Assembly: GCA_036568945.1 (NCBI GenBank)
Contig: DATCRN010000259.1
Coordinates: 1-24,156 of the forward strand
Length of the DNA: 24,156 bases
Reading direction: 5' to 3'
From: Alphaproteobacteria bacterium
Lineage (GTDB): Bacteria > Pseudomonadota > Alphaproteobacteria > Micavibrionales > UBA1664
Part shown: in pieces, positions 1-8,060 of the stretch
How positions within the stretch are numbered: position 1 is the stretch's first letter
How the letters are laid out: each line of letters opens with the position of its first letter
Made by a program: the position numbers and the translations under genes
The notes under the pieces: model-generated
Databases searched by the model: none
The model's input: the letters and a program-made list of their open reading frames with translations, nothing else
Told to the model about the DNA's origin: nothing

Positions 1-481
1 CTTCTTCTGAATCCGTATCAACATTTTCGGCAACAGATTCTTCATCTGTATTTTGTATTTCTTCTACAGCGTCCTCGCCTTCCACTGTTTCAGCTTCTTC
101 AGCTTCGGCACTTTCCGGATTAGCGGCGCGCGCGGCTTCACGTTCCGCTTCAGCGATTTCACGCGCTTCGGCTTCGGCCAGCATTTGACGACGCAATTCT
201 TCTTGCTCGGCAATCAGACGCTCGCGATCTTCAACCGGGATACGATAATAATCAGGATGAATTTCCGAGAACGGCAGAAAACCATGACGGTTGCCGCCGT
301 AATTCACGAAAGCGGCTTGCAGTGACGGCTCAACACGCGTCACCTTGGCTAGATAGATATTTCCTTTGAGTTGTTTTTTGGAAACGCTTTCGATATCGAA
401 ATTTTCCAGACGATTGCCGTCCATGACAGCGACGCGCGTCTCTTCCGGTTGCGCGGTGTCAATCAACATAATTTTTGGCAT
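1..481 (-). CDS. rne: Ribonuclease E, N-terminal part; runs off the window's left edge
   Basis: Manual translation from ATG at 481: MPKIMLIDTAQPEETRVAVMDGNRLENFDIESVSKKQLKGNIYLAKVTRVEPSLQAAFVNYGGNRHGFLPFSEIHPDYY, the RNase E/G N-terminus and S1 start, then an acidic insert. Frame is open to base 2. Divergent from amiC, as is usual in alphaproteobacteria. Confidence 0.96.
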   Translation of the reverse strand, partial: MPKIMLIDTAQPEETRVAVMDGNRLENFDIESVSKKQLKGNIYLAKVTRVEPSLQAAFVNYGGNRHGFLPFSEIHPDYYRIPVEDRERLIAEQEELRRQMLAEAEAREIAEAEREAARAANPESAEAEEAETVEGEDAVEEIQNTDEESVAENVDTDSEE

Positions 482-810
482 TTATATTTTCTCCGTCGCG
501 AACGGAACAAAATGCAGCACCGATAAGGAGCGCCAAGCGACCAACACTACCGAAATCGGGCGTCAATTTGTCGCCCGCGATTCTTTACTTGGTTGATCGT
601 TCCAATCCGGTTCCTGACATCCCGTGGAAACAGCGCCTATATATAAGTGCGCCAGCACGGTTCGGTTCCTGTTTGGCGATCCAGCCTTCTTGGATGAAGA
701 CCGATCCTTTTTTAAAACTCTTCGACGTCAGCGGCCCGGGTATTGGTTGTTGTCTTACGACGTTTGAATATGTAACAAGGGGGCTAACGTGTCGCTTGTG
801 GCCCTTACAA
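482..810 (-). promoter_or_regulatory. Candidate rne promoter and long structured 5' UTR (about 290 nt)
   Basis: Minus strand TTGTAA(810-805)-N18-TAGCCC. Hairpins GGGCG/CGCCC (558-576) and TCCGT/ACGGA (492-506); the latter overlaps the GGAG SD. Long rne leaders are established knowledge; the TSS is inferred. Confidence 0.4.
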
Positions 811-827
811 TAGATTTAGTTTGGATA

Positions 828-2123
828 ATGCACAACCTTAAAAAAAGCCTTTTTACATTTCTTATTGTTTTTATTGGCTTTTTTAGCCTGTACGAGCGCG
901 CGTACGCTTTAAATATTACCGGTATCCGTTTTGGGGAGCATGGCAACGCACTGCGCGTCGTTATGGATTTGGACCAAGAGGCTGATTTTCGCGCCCAAGT
1001 ACAGGCCGACCCAACCCGTCTTATAGTCGATATGCCGATTTTATCGGGCAAACCTCTTATCGGCCGATCAGCCTTGCCCGACATCATTAAGGACATTCGA
1101 CTTGAGCCTTTAGGCACACAGCACAGCCGTTTGAATTTTATACTGGCGGATATTGCCGTGATCCGCAGCGCCTTCATGATGCCGAGCGAGGGGACCAAAC
1201 CTGCCCGTTTGGTTGTCGATCTGGCGCCTGCATCAGATCAAAGTTTTGCGAAGGCTGTCGGGCGCGCGCAAGGCACGTTGCAAACCGGGTCCGACACGGC
1301 GATGACACAAATCGATAAGCCTACGATTCCATTTGCCGGCGGCAGCGGTATTAAACTGGACCCCGTAGGCGGCCCCAAACCACCTTCAGCGCCACAAACC
1401 CCAAAAGCGCCTACAAAACTGATTCCGGATGAATTGCCGCTTGTGATGATTGACGCGGGCCATGGCGGCATTGATTCCGGAGCTGTTGGCAATAAGGTGC
1501 GCGAAAAAGATGTGACGCTATCGGTTGCGCAAGACATTCAAAAAGCGCTGGAAGCAACTGGTAAATATCGCGCGGCCTTAACGCGGGATAAAGACATCTT
1601 CATTCGTTTGGGGGACCGCGTAAAAATTGCGCGCGCGGCAGATGCGGATTTATTCGTCTCCATTCACGCCGACTCGGTTTCATCGGGTGGCGAAAATATC
1701 AAAGGCGCATCCTTTTATACACTTTCTGCTGAAGCCTCCGACGTACAATCGGCACGATTAGCCGCGCGTGAAAACCAAGCCGATCTTTTGGGCGGTGTGG
1801 AGCTGCCCACAAACGATCAAGACGTGAAGGAAATTCTGATCGATCTTGCCATGCGGGAAACCACCCATCAATCCAAGTTGATCGCGGGGCAGATGGTCAA
1901 AGCCTTTGCGCGGTCCGGCATCAAAACCGTGCCGGGACCGGAACGGTCGGCAGGTTTTATGGTCCTAAAAGCCCCTGATGTGCCGTCCTTGCTGATCGAG
2001 CTTGGCTTCCTATCCAACCCTGGGGAAGCCGCCAAACTAGGCGATACCGCCTATCGCGAGGAATTGAGCCGCACAATTGCGGGCGGTATTGATGCCTATT
2101 TCAGCCGCGCCAAACGCCCATAA
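828..2123 (+). CDS. amiC: N-acetylmuramoyl-L-alanine amidase (AMIN + Amidase_3)
   Basis: Signal peptide MHNLKKSLFTFLIVFIGFFSLYERAYA. Amidase_3 motifs IDAGHGG, EKDV, FVSIHAD and LLIELGFLSN. ATG 828 is preferred over the track's GTG 789 because it gives a normal signal peptide. Confidence 0.9.
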   Translation: MHNLKKSLFTFLIVFIGFFSLYERAYALNITGIRFGEHGNALRVVMDLDQEADFRAQVQADPTRLIVDMPILSGKPLIGRSALPDIIKDIRLEPLGTQHSRLNFILADIAVIRSAFMMPSEGTKPARLVVDLAPASDQSFAKAVGRAQGTLQTGSDTAMTQIDKPTIPFAGGSGIKLDPVGGPKPPSAPQTPKAPTKLIPDELPLVMIDAGHGGIDSGAVGNKVREKDVTLSVAQDIQKALEATGKYRAALTRDKDIFIRLGDRVKIARAADADLFVSIHADSVSSGGENIKGASFYTLSAEASDVQSARLAARENQADLLGGVELPTNDQDVKEILIDLAMRETTHQSKLIAGQMVKAFARSGIKTVPGPERSAGFMVLKAPDVPSLLIELGFLSNPGEAAKLGDTAYREELSRTIAGGIDAYFSRAKRP

Positions 2124-2171
2124 TCCCTTGTCGTTCCTGTGAATTTTTTAAAAACTCCTCTTTTTGGGGGC

Positions 2172-2200
2172 TTTACAAGGGAGGGGACCCGGGTTAGCTT
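2172..2200 (+). promoter_or_regulatory. Sigma70-type promoter for the small lipoprotein gene
   Basis: TTTACA(2172-2177)-N17-TAGCTT(2195-2200). Confidence 0.6.
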
Positions 2201-2273
2201 TTCCCAAGTGTTCAGCCCAAAAAGGCTGAGCAATCAAACGTTTGATCTAATAAACATTGAAAGAGGTACCTAA

Positions 2274-2465
2274 ATGAACAAACTTTTCGCGATGATGGCT
2301 ATCGTTGCCACCACCGGCCTGCTGGCTGCTTGCCAACCTGGCAAACCGATCGAAGCAACCGCTTACGAAGGTCACTCGATGTCCGCTGAGAAAGTCGACA
2401 CGAGCGCTCCGGCTCCGTCCGCTGCTTCTTCCGGCAAATCTGGCCGTACGTTCGAAGCTCAGTAA
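2274..2465 (+). CDS. Small (63 aa) lipoprotein of unknown function
   Basis: SD AGAGG, basic N-terminus, hydrophobic core, lipobox LLAAC, Ala/Ser/Pro-rich tail. Has its own promoter and terminator. Confidence 0.85.
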   Translation: MNKLFAMMAIVATTGLLAACQPGKPIEATAYEGHSMSAEKVDTSAPAPSAASSGKSGRTFEAQ

Positions 2466-2492
2466 TTTTTTGGGCAAGTGCCCTAAAAATTC

Positions 2493-2527
2493 AAAAACCG
2501 CTGCCCTTTAAAGGCGGCGGTTTTTTT
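2493..2527 (+). terminator. Intrinsic terminator
   Basis: A5-CCGCTGCC-loop-GGCGGCGG-T7. Preceded by a second inverted repeat at 2464-2491 (12 bp, 1 mismatch). Confidence 0.85.
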
Positions 2528-2555
2528 ATTGAGATAAGCAAACTATATTGGCCGT

Positions 2556-3485
2556 ATGACTTCAGCTATCTCTCTCCAAAATCTGACCAAGACTTATAAA
2601 GCTTCGGGGAAGTCGCCGGAAAAGCTCGCCCTTGATACTGTCAATCTCGATATTCCACGCGGCAGCATTTTTGCGTTGCTGGGCCCAAACGGCGCGGGCA
2701 AATCAACCTTAATCAATATTCTGGCAGGATTGGTCAGCAAGACATCGGGCAAAGCTTTCGTGTGGGGCTTTGATTTGGATGAAAAACCTCGTGCCGTAAA
2801 ATCATCAATCGGTGTCGTACCGCAAGAAATCAATTTTGATCCATTTTTCACGCCTGCGCAGATCCTTGATATTCAAGCCGGCATGTACGGCGTACCAAGT
2901 ACTGAGCGAAAAACCTCTCAGCTTTTGGAAATGGTGGGTCTTGCCGACAAGGCTGATGCGTATACACGGCAACTCTCAGGCGGAATGCGCCGTCGTTTGA
3001 TGGTGGCAAAAGCCTTGGTGCATACCCCACCGATTTTAATTTTGGATGAACCGACTGCAGGCGTAGACATTGAACTCCGCCAACAACTTTGGGCCAATGT
3101 GCGTACATTAAATCGCCGGGGCACGACCGTTATCCTAACCACGCATTATTTGGAAGAAGCACAAGAAATGTGCGATCGCATTGCGATCATTAATCACGGT
3201 CGCGTCATAGCCAACGAAGATAAAGAAACATTACTTGCCCGTATTGAGGGTAAGGACATCGCCTTCCGACTGGATCGCGAATTAGAAACCGTTCCCGCCT
3301 CCTTAACGCATTATCACGCCAGAATAGACGGCAAGCGAACGCTTGTAATTACCTATGCGCCCAAAGACGTCCAAGCCGGCAAAATTATTGCCGATGTTCA
3401 ATCGGCAGGCTATGGGATCGAGGATGTTCGTACCGATAATTCAGATTTAGAAGACGTTTTCTTGCAATTAACCCGTGCAGCCTAG
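2556..3485 (+). CDS. ABC-2/DrrA-YadG-type ABC transporter ATP-binding protein
   Basis: Walker A GPNGAGKST, Q-loop PQE, signature LSGGM, Walker B ILILDEP, H-loop TTHY. No permease adjacent. Confidence 0.92.
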   Translation: MTSAISLQNLTKTYKASGKSPEKLALDTVNLDIPRGSIFALLGPNGAGKSTLINILAGLVSKTSGKAFVWGFDLDEKPRAVKSSIGVVPQEINFDPFFTPAQILDIQAGMYGVPSTERKTSQLLEMVGLADKADAYTRQLSGGMRRRLMVAKALVHTPPILILDEPTAGVDIELRQQLWANVRTLNRRGTTVILTTHYLEEAQEMCDRIAIINHGRVIANEDKETLLARIEGKDIAFRLDRELETVPASLTHYHARIDGKRTLVITYAPKDVQAGKIIADVQSAGYGIEDVRTDNSDLEDVFLQLTRAA

Positions 3486-3528
3486 AATTTGTTGCAGAAA
3501 TCAGAGTCGGTCGTTATGTCTTTTAAGC

Positions 3529-4230
3529 ATGACAACATCTTTGAGCGATGTAGCCGGCATAGTGTTCGATTTCGACGGTACTTTGTATGAGTACATGGAA
3601 ATCTATACGAAAGCTTTGCGCCAGGCACAAGTCTCCGTTTTAATCGATGAAACGGAAGGCCGCATCACCCCCGAAGAAGCCGAGCATTTATGCGCCACCT
3701 CGTATAAAACTTTGCGTAACGGATATGATCTTCCAGCGCAAAAGTTGGGACTTAATCCGTATCGTTTGCATGAGCTCTTTCATGCTCGCACCACTATGGA
3801 AGGTATGAAGCCTATTCCAAAATTGCGCCGCACTCTGTTTGCTGCGCAAAAGCAAGGCATCAAGTCCAGCATCGCAAGCCATTCCCATTATAACTACGTA
3901 TCCCGTGGGATGGATTTTTTAGGCATCACGCATTTGATCGATCATGTCGTCACACTTGAACAAGTGAACTATCGCGAAAAGCATAAGGGTCCGGATATGT
4001 TTAAAGAAGCGCAGCGCCGTCTTAATGTTCCTAGCGAAAAGACATTGATGGTGGATGATCTGCCTGAAAATCTACTGCACGCGCGAGAAATCGGCATGCG
4101 AACCGATTTTATTCATTGGGGTAAGCCTAGAGATGCCTTGCCCGGCCATGTTGAATTCCAACATGATACGCCAGTCACCGCAATTGAGCAGGTTCTGGCG
4201 GCCCGCCGGCCTGCACCAGCGATGATCTAA
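3529..4230 (+). CDS. HAD-superfamily (IA-like) phosphatase/hydrolase
   Basis: Motif I DFDGTL, motif II ASHS, motif III Lys in K-HKGPDMF, motif IV VDD. Start set at ATG 3529, behind TTGCAG(3492)-N17-TATGTC(3515-3520). Confidence 0.85.
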   Translation: MTTSLSDVAGIVFDFDGTLYEYMEIYTKALRQAQVSVLIDETEGRITPEEAEHLCATSYKTLRNGYDLPAQKLGLNPYRLHELFHARTTMEGMKPIPKLRRTLFAAQKQGIKSSIASHSHYNYVSRGMDFLGITHLIDHVVTLEQVNYREKHKGPDMFKEAQRRLNVPSEKTLMVDDLPENLLHAREIGMRTDFIHWGKPRDALPGHVEFQHDTPVTAIEQVLAARRPAPAMI

Positions 4231-4239
4231 ACCCAAAAT

Positions 4240-4269
4240 TTGTGTTTTCTAAAACGCTTATGGTAGCGT
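4240..4269 (+). promoter_or_regulatory. Extended -10 promoter, predicted leaderless start at 4276; overlaps a weak hairpin/U-tract
   Basis: TTGTGT-N18 (ending TGG)-TAGCGT-N6-ATG with no SD. The inverted repeat AAAACGCT/AGCGTTTT overlaps it. Confidence 0.5.
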
Positions 4270-4275
4270 TTTTTT

Positions 4276-5154
4276 ATGAGGAAGGAATTCAATCTCCACG
4301 CCTTCACCCCGCTGGATCAGCTTACAGCAGCGGCGATGATGGCTCCGGCGCTTTTCCTCTCTTTCCAACAATTTGGTTGGACGGGTTTTGCCGTCACAGC
4401 AGCCGCTCTCGCCTTCACTAAGCCAGTTTTAAGCTGGCTTACGCGCAACGCTGATCAGCATCCGATGATGGCGGAAGAATTTCCCCATGAAGATACGCCG
4501 GATGAAATCCGCCTGCAGCATATCTGTGATGAATTATCACCTGCCTTTGGCTTAGACGGCATTCGCGCAACAATGATCCGCCCCACGAAACAAGCGGCAT
4601 TCTCGCTGCCGGACAAAGTTTATATTTCGTCAGAAACAGTGAAAATATTGGATGACGATGAACTTCGCTTTATCGTCGCACATGAGCTCGATCATATTCG
4701 CGCGCATGATCACGAAGGTCATAGCCGAAACAAAATTTTAAACACAGTGGCCGGTGGCGCTGCTGTCTTGTCTTTGGCCGATATCGTCATGGGCGGCGTA
4801 ATGCATATCACCACGCTAACTGCGCCGTATCTGACTGCCTTTGCCTATATGGGCACTATGGCATCCATTAATTTAACTCATCGGCACATGCTACGTGCGA
4901 TGGAATATCGCGCAGATGAAAATGCTATGCGTGTTACCCACAATCCGCACAAAGCAATCAGTGCTCTTGCGAAATGCACGTATATCATGAGTGGCAAGAA
5001 TGCGAAGGCGCTGGAGCCCCAACCAAGACAATTAAAAGACCTTATGTACACGCATCCATCACTGCGTGATCGCGCCAAGCGCATCATGAAAACTTGGGAA
5101 GATCTAAACCGTAACCGGCGGGCGATTAGAAGCGCGCAGCCTGTGATGGCATGA
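4276..5154 (+). CDS. M48 (HtpX-like) membrane zinc metalloprotease, paralog 1
   Basis: N-terminal hydrophobic hairpin, HELDH (HExxH), TM segments, MEYRAD third ligand, C-terminal THPSLRDR. Confidence 0.85.
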   Translation: MRKEFNLHAFTPLDQLTAAAMMAPALFLSFQQFGWTGFAVTAAALAFTKPVLSWLTRNADQHPMMAEEFPHEDTPDEIRLQHICDELSPAFGLDGIRATMIRPTKQAAFSLPDKVYISSETVKILDDDELRFIVAHELDHIRAHDHEGHSRNKILNTVAGGAAVLSLADIVMGGVMHITTLTAPYLTAFAYMGTMASINLTHRHMLRAMEYRADENAMRVTHNPHKAISALAKCTYIMSGKNAKALEPQPRQLKDLMYTHPSLRDRAKRIMKTWEDLNRNRRAIRSAQPVMA

Positions 5155-5169
5155 AGCGTTTTGCAAAAT

Positions 5170-5199
5170 TTGTAATTTAAAAAAACTTTATGATACCGT
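5170..5199 (+). promoter_or_regulatory. Extended -10 promoter, predicted leaderless start at 5206
   Basis: TTGTAA-N18 (ending TGA)-TACCGT-N6-ATG. Same spacing as the paralog-1 promoter and alignable with it. Confidence 0.55.
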
Positions 5200-5205
5200 G
5201 ATTTT

Positions 5206-6120
5206 ATGAAGATGGAATTCAATCGCGTTGGACGCAATCCACTTGAGATTGCCACCACCGCGTTATTGACTGCGATCCCCGCCATCATTTCCTTTCAGCA
5301 ATATGGTTGGACTGGCTTACTGATCGGTGGCATTGCCATCGCTGCATGGACTGCCTTTATCAGCCGCAACGATAACAAGCCTGTCAAAAGTCATGTTGCT
5401 AACTATGACAACCTTAAAGACGATCTAAAAAACAAAACGCAATACTACAGCGATTTTTTGCGTTTGGATCACACGGTACGCGACCTCGCGCCACGATTTG
5501 GACTTGAAGACATTCGTCCCGTGATTACCGATCGTAAAGGCTCAACGGCTGCCGCTTATTCTACGAATAAACTCGAGATGAGCTATGGGTTGATCCGCCT
5601 TTTGGATGATGATGAATTGCGCTGGGTTGTCGGACACGAACTTGCGCACCTTAAAAATAAAGATCTCAAATTAAAACGCGTCTTTGATGCCGCAGCAACG
5701 ATTGCAGATGCAGGCTTTTTAGGGTCTGTCATAGCACCGCTTTTTGGCACCTCCATGAACGCCTTATCCGGTTTTTGGCCCATATTATTTGGCACCATTG
5801 CCTTAAAGCTGTCCTTTAACTTTTTATCTTCGCACCTCTATCGAACGATGGAACATAATGCCGATATAGATGCTCTGGAATTCGTCCCTAAAAACAAAGC
5901 CATCAGCGCTTTGCAAAAGGTGGAAAAATTCCTGCAAACACAAATGGGAGAAAACAACCTGCGCTTCCACAAACATCATGATTCTATATTTGATCTAATA
6001 GCCAGCCATCCTAGTCACGAACGCCGTATTACGGCCATCAAGGACGCTAAAATCGACCATAGTTCTAGAAAACCTCTAGGTATTGCCTTCGATATCGCAC
6101 GCCCCTTTGCTTTTATCTAA
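5206..6120 (+). CDS. M48 (HtpX-like) membrane zinc metalloprotease, paralog 2
   Basis: HELAH, MEHNAD, SHPSHERR. Shares M.xEFN and SFQQ[FY]GWTG with paralog 1. Confidence 0.87.
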   Translation: MKMEFNRVGRNPLEIATTALLTAIPAIISFQQYGWTGLLIGGIAIAAWTAFISRNDNKPVKSHVANYDNLKDDLKNKTQYYSDFLRLDHTVRDLAPRFGLEDIRPVITDRKGSTAAAYSTNKLEMSYGLIRLLDDDELRWVVGHELAHLKNKDLKLKRVFDAAATIADAGFLGSVIAPLFGTSMNALSGFWPILFGTIALKLSFNFLSSHLYRTMEHNADIDALEFVPKNKAISALQKVEKFLQTQMGENNLRFHKHHDSIFDLIASHPSHERRITAIKDAKIDHSSRKPLGIAFDIARPFAFI

Positions 6121-6159
6121 CACTTGCCAGATATGGGCAGCCTGTGCTTTTCTAAAGCC

Positions 6160-6204
6160 ATGCACGTTCAAGCGGCACTCCTTCTTCGACTTATTTCCCT
6201 CTAA
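6160..6204 (+). CDS. leuA leader peptide MHVQAALLLRLISL (14 aa, 5 Leu)
   Basis: ATG 6160 to TAA 6204, with Leu codons CTC CTT CTT x CTT x x CTC, directly upstream of leuA. Confidence 0.75.
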   Translation: MHVQAALLLRLISL

Positions 6205-6243
6205 GCCACGGCTTTAGAGGTCTTTGCCGTCGTCCGGCACAAA
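6160..6243 (+). promoter_or_regulatory. Leucine-responsive attenuator-like leader
   Basis: Mutually exclusive pairings 6199-6206:6211-6219, 6208-6212:6226-6230 and 6225-6229:6235-6239. No U-tract. Confidence 0.55.
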
Positions 6244-6278
6244 CATTGCAATTCATCCATTCGAAGAAGGATTATAAA

Positions 6279-7871
6279 ATGTCACTGATTTCCGATATCC
6301 AAAAAGATAATGCCCGCGTAGTCATATTTGATACGACCTTACGAGACGGCGAACAATCACCCGGTTGCTCGATGAACCTGGAAGAAAAACTGCGTATGGC
6401 AGAAGTGCTAGAACAGATGGGTGTTGATGTGATTGAAGCCGGTTTCCCAATCGCGAGCCCCGGTGATTTTGAATCGGTCCATGAAATTTCCAAACGCGCC
6501 GATAAAGCCGTTATCGCGGGACTATGCCGTGCGGTGCAAAAAGACATTGATGCGGTCATTAACGCCATTAAACCGGCGAAACGCCAGCGCATCCATACCT
6601 TCATTTCAACATCGCCACTGCATATGAAATATAAATTGCAAAAAGAGCCGCATGAAGTGCTGGAAGCCATCGCCTGGTCGGTTGGCTATGCGCGCCAACA
6701 TTGCGACGATATTGAATGGTCTGCGGAAGATGGTTCGCGCACGGAAGACGATTTTCTTTGCCGTTGCGTGGAAGCTGCCATCACCGCGGGCGCTACGACC
6801 ATCAATATCCCGGATACGGTGGGTTATGCCGTGCCTTCCGAATTTGCTGCAAAAATAAAAATGCTTTTTGACCGCGTACCCAATATCGGCAAAGCGATTA
6901 TATCTGTCCACTGCCACAATGATTTAGGTTTAGCCGTTGCGAATAGTTTGGCAGGCGTCGAGGCAGGCGCGCGTCAGATCGAATGCACGATCAATGGCAT
7001 CGGTGAGCGCGCAGGCAATGCTGCGCTTGAAGAAGTCGTGATGGCTTTACGCACACGCGCTGATCTTATTCCGTTCACCAATAAAATCGATACGACTAAG
7101 ATCACACGTGCATCGCGCTTACTGTCGACCATCACAGGCATGCCTGTGCAGCATAACAAAGCGATTGTCGGCGCCAATGCATTCGCCCATGAAAGCGGTA
7201 TTCATCAAGATGGTATGCTAAAAAACGCGCAGACCTATGAAATTATGACACCGGAATCGGTGGGTCTTACACAATCCAACATCGTGCTGGGCAAGCATTC
7301 GGGCCGCCATGCCTTCAAAAAGAAATTGGAAGACATGGGCTATAACCTTGAAGACGCTGAATTAGATGATGCTTTCTCGCGGTTTAAAATTTTGGCTGAC
7401 GCCAAAAAGGAAGTATTCGATGAGGATCTAATTGCGCTGGTCGATGATGAAGTCGCGCGCGCACACGACCGCATCAAACTGGTTTCCATGTCGTGCTGGT
7501 CATCGACCAAGGGACCACAGCGCGCGCACCTAACCTTGGAAATCGATGGTCACCAACAATCAGCAGAGTTGGATGGCAATGGCGCTATTGATGCGATTTT
7601 CAAAGCCATAGCGCAAATTATCCCGCACCCAGATGCAAAATTGGCTTTGTTTAATATTCAGGCCATTACGGGCGGGACGGATGCTCAAGCTGAAGTGACT
7701 GTACGTCTTGAAGAAAACGGTAAAACCGTGAACGGCCAAGGCACGGATACGGATACGCTGGTCGCCTGCGCCCGCGCATACGTACATGCTTTGAATAAGC
7801 TAATGATCAAACGCGCTCGTCAGCGACCAGAGGATGTCGTCGTGGGCAAGGAGCATATCGCCTCTATTTAA
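6279..7871 (+). CDS. leuA: 2-isopropylmalate synthase
   Basis: DTTLRDGEQSPG, HCHNDLG, ESGIHQDG, GKHSGRHA and a C-terminal regulatory domain. SD AAGGA before ATG 6279. The Leu-rich leader supports leucine specificity. Confidence 0.95.
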   Translation: MSLISDIQKDNARVVIFDTTLRDGEQSPGCSMNLEEKLRMAEVLEQMGVDVIEAGFPIASPGDFESVHEISKRADKAVIAGLCRAVQKDIDAVINAIKPAKRQRIHTFISTSPLHMKYKLQKEPHEVLEAIAWSVGYARQHCDDIEWSAEDGSRTEDDFLCRCVEAAITAGATTINIPDTVGYAVPSEFAAKIKMLFDRVPNIGKAIISVHCHNDLGLAVANSLAGVEAGARQIECTINGIGERAGNAALEEVVMALRTRADLIPFTNKIDTTKITRASRLLSTITGMPVQHNKAIVGANAFAHESGIHQDGMLKNAQTYEIMTPESVGLTQSNIVLGKHSGRHAFKKKLEDMGYNLEDAELDDAFSRFKILADAKKEVFDEDLIALVDDEVARAHDRIKLVSMSCWSSTKGPQRAHLTLEIDGHQQSAELDGNGAIDAIFKAIAQIIPHPDAKLALFNIQAITGGTDAQAEVTVRLEENGKTVNGQGTDTDTLVACARAYVHALNKLMIKRARQRPEDVVVGKEHIASI

Positions 7872-7894
7872 TCCTTATTCTAACGTCCACCTTT

Positions 7895-7945
7895 AAGCCG
7901 GTAATATCCATAATGCTTTTAACATATTGATATTACTGGCTTTTT
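7895..7945 (+). terminator. Long-loop hairpin, probable leuA terminator
   Basis: AAGCCGGTAATATC / GATATTACTGGCTT (14 bp, one G-U), 20-nt loop, followed by T runs. Confidence 0.55.
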
Positions 7946-7974
7946 AACTTTTTCTTCATTCAAATTTCGTTTAC

Positions 7975-7990
7975 TTTAATTAAGCTTAAC
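7975..7990 (+). promoter_or_regulatory. CtrA-box-like site upstream of the MCP gene
   Basis: TTTA-N7-TTAAC, 1 mismatch to TTAA-N7-TTAA, within a cluster of TTAA half-sites. Confidence 0.4.
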
Positions 7991-8060
7991 AAGAGTGCTG
8001 CGCCATTCTGGCGCAATCATGTCTCGTCGCGTGGACAAGCTTCACAATCAGGAGGATTAC

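Noticed and set aside
1-240. Glu/Ala-rich repetitive stretch (GAAGCTGAA-like units) in rne
   Set aside because: This is the acidic insert known in the S1 domain of alphaproteobacterial RNase E, not a repeat element.
53-813. Track ORFs 53-325, 366-596 and 475-813 on +
   Set aside because: Antisense shadows of rne and its leader, with no family motifs.
2556-3485. ABC ATPase without a permease
   Set aside because: Split ABC-2 genes are common, and the partner is probably elsewhere in the genome.
8011-8027. TGGCGC-like sigma54 -24 element upstream of the MCP
   Set aside because: The required GC at -12 (GG-N10-GC) is absent, and the sequence is explained by a small hairpin.
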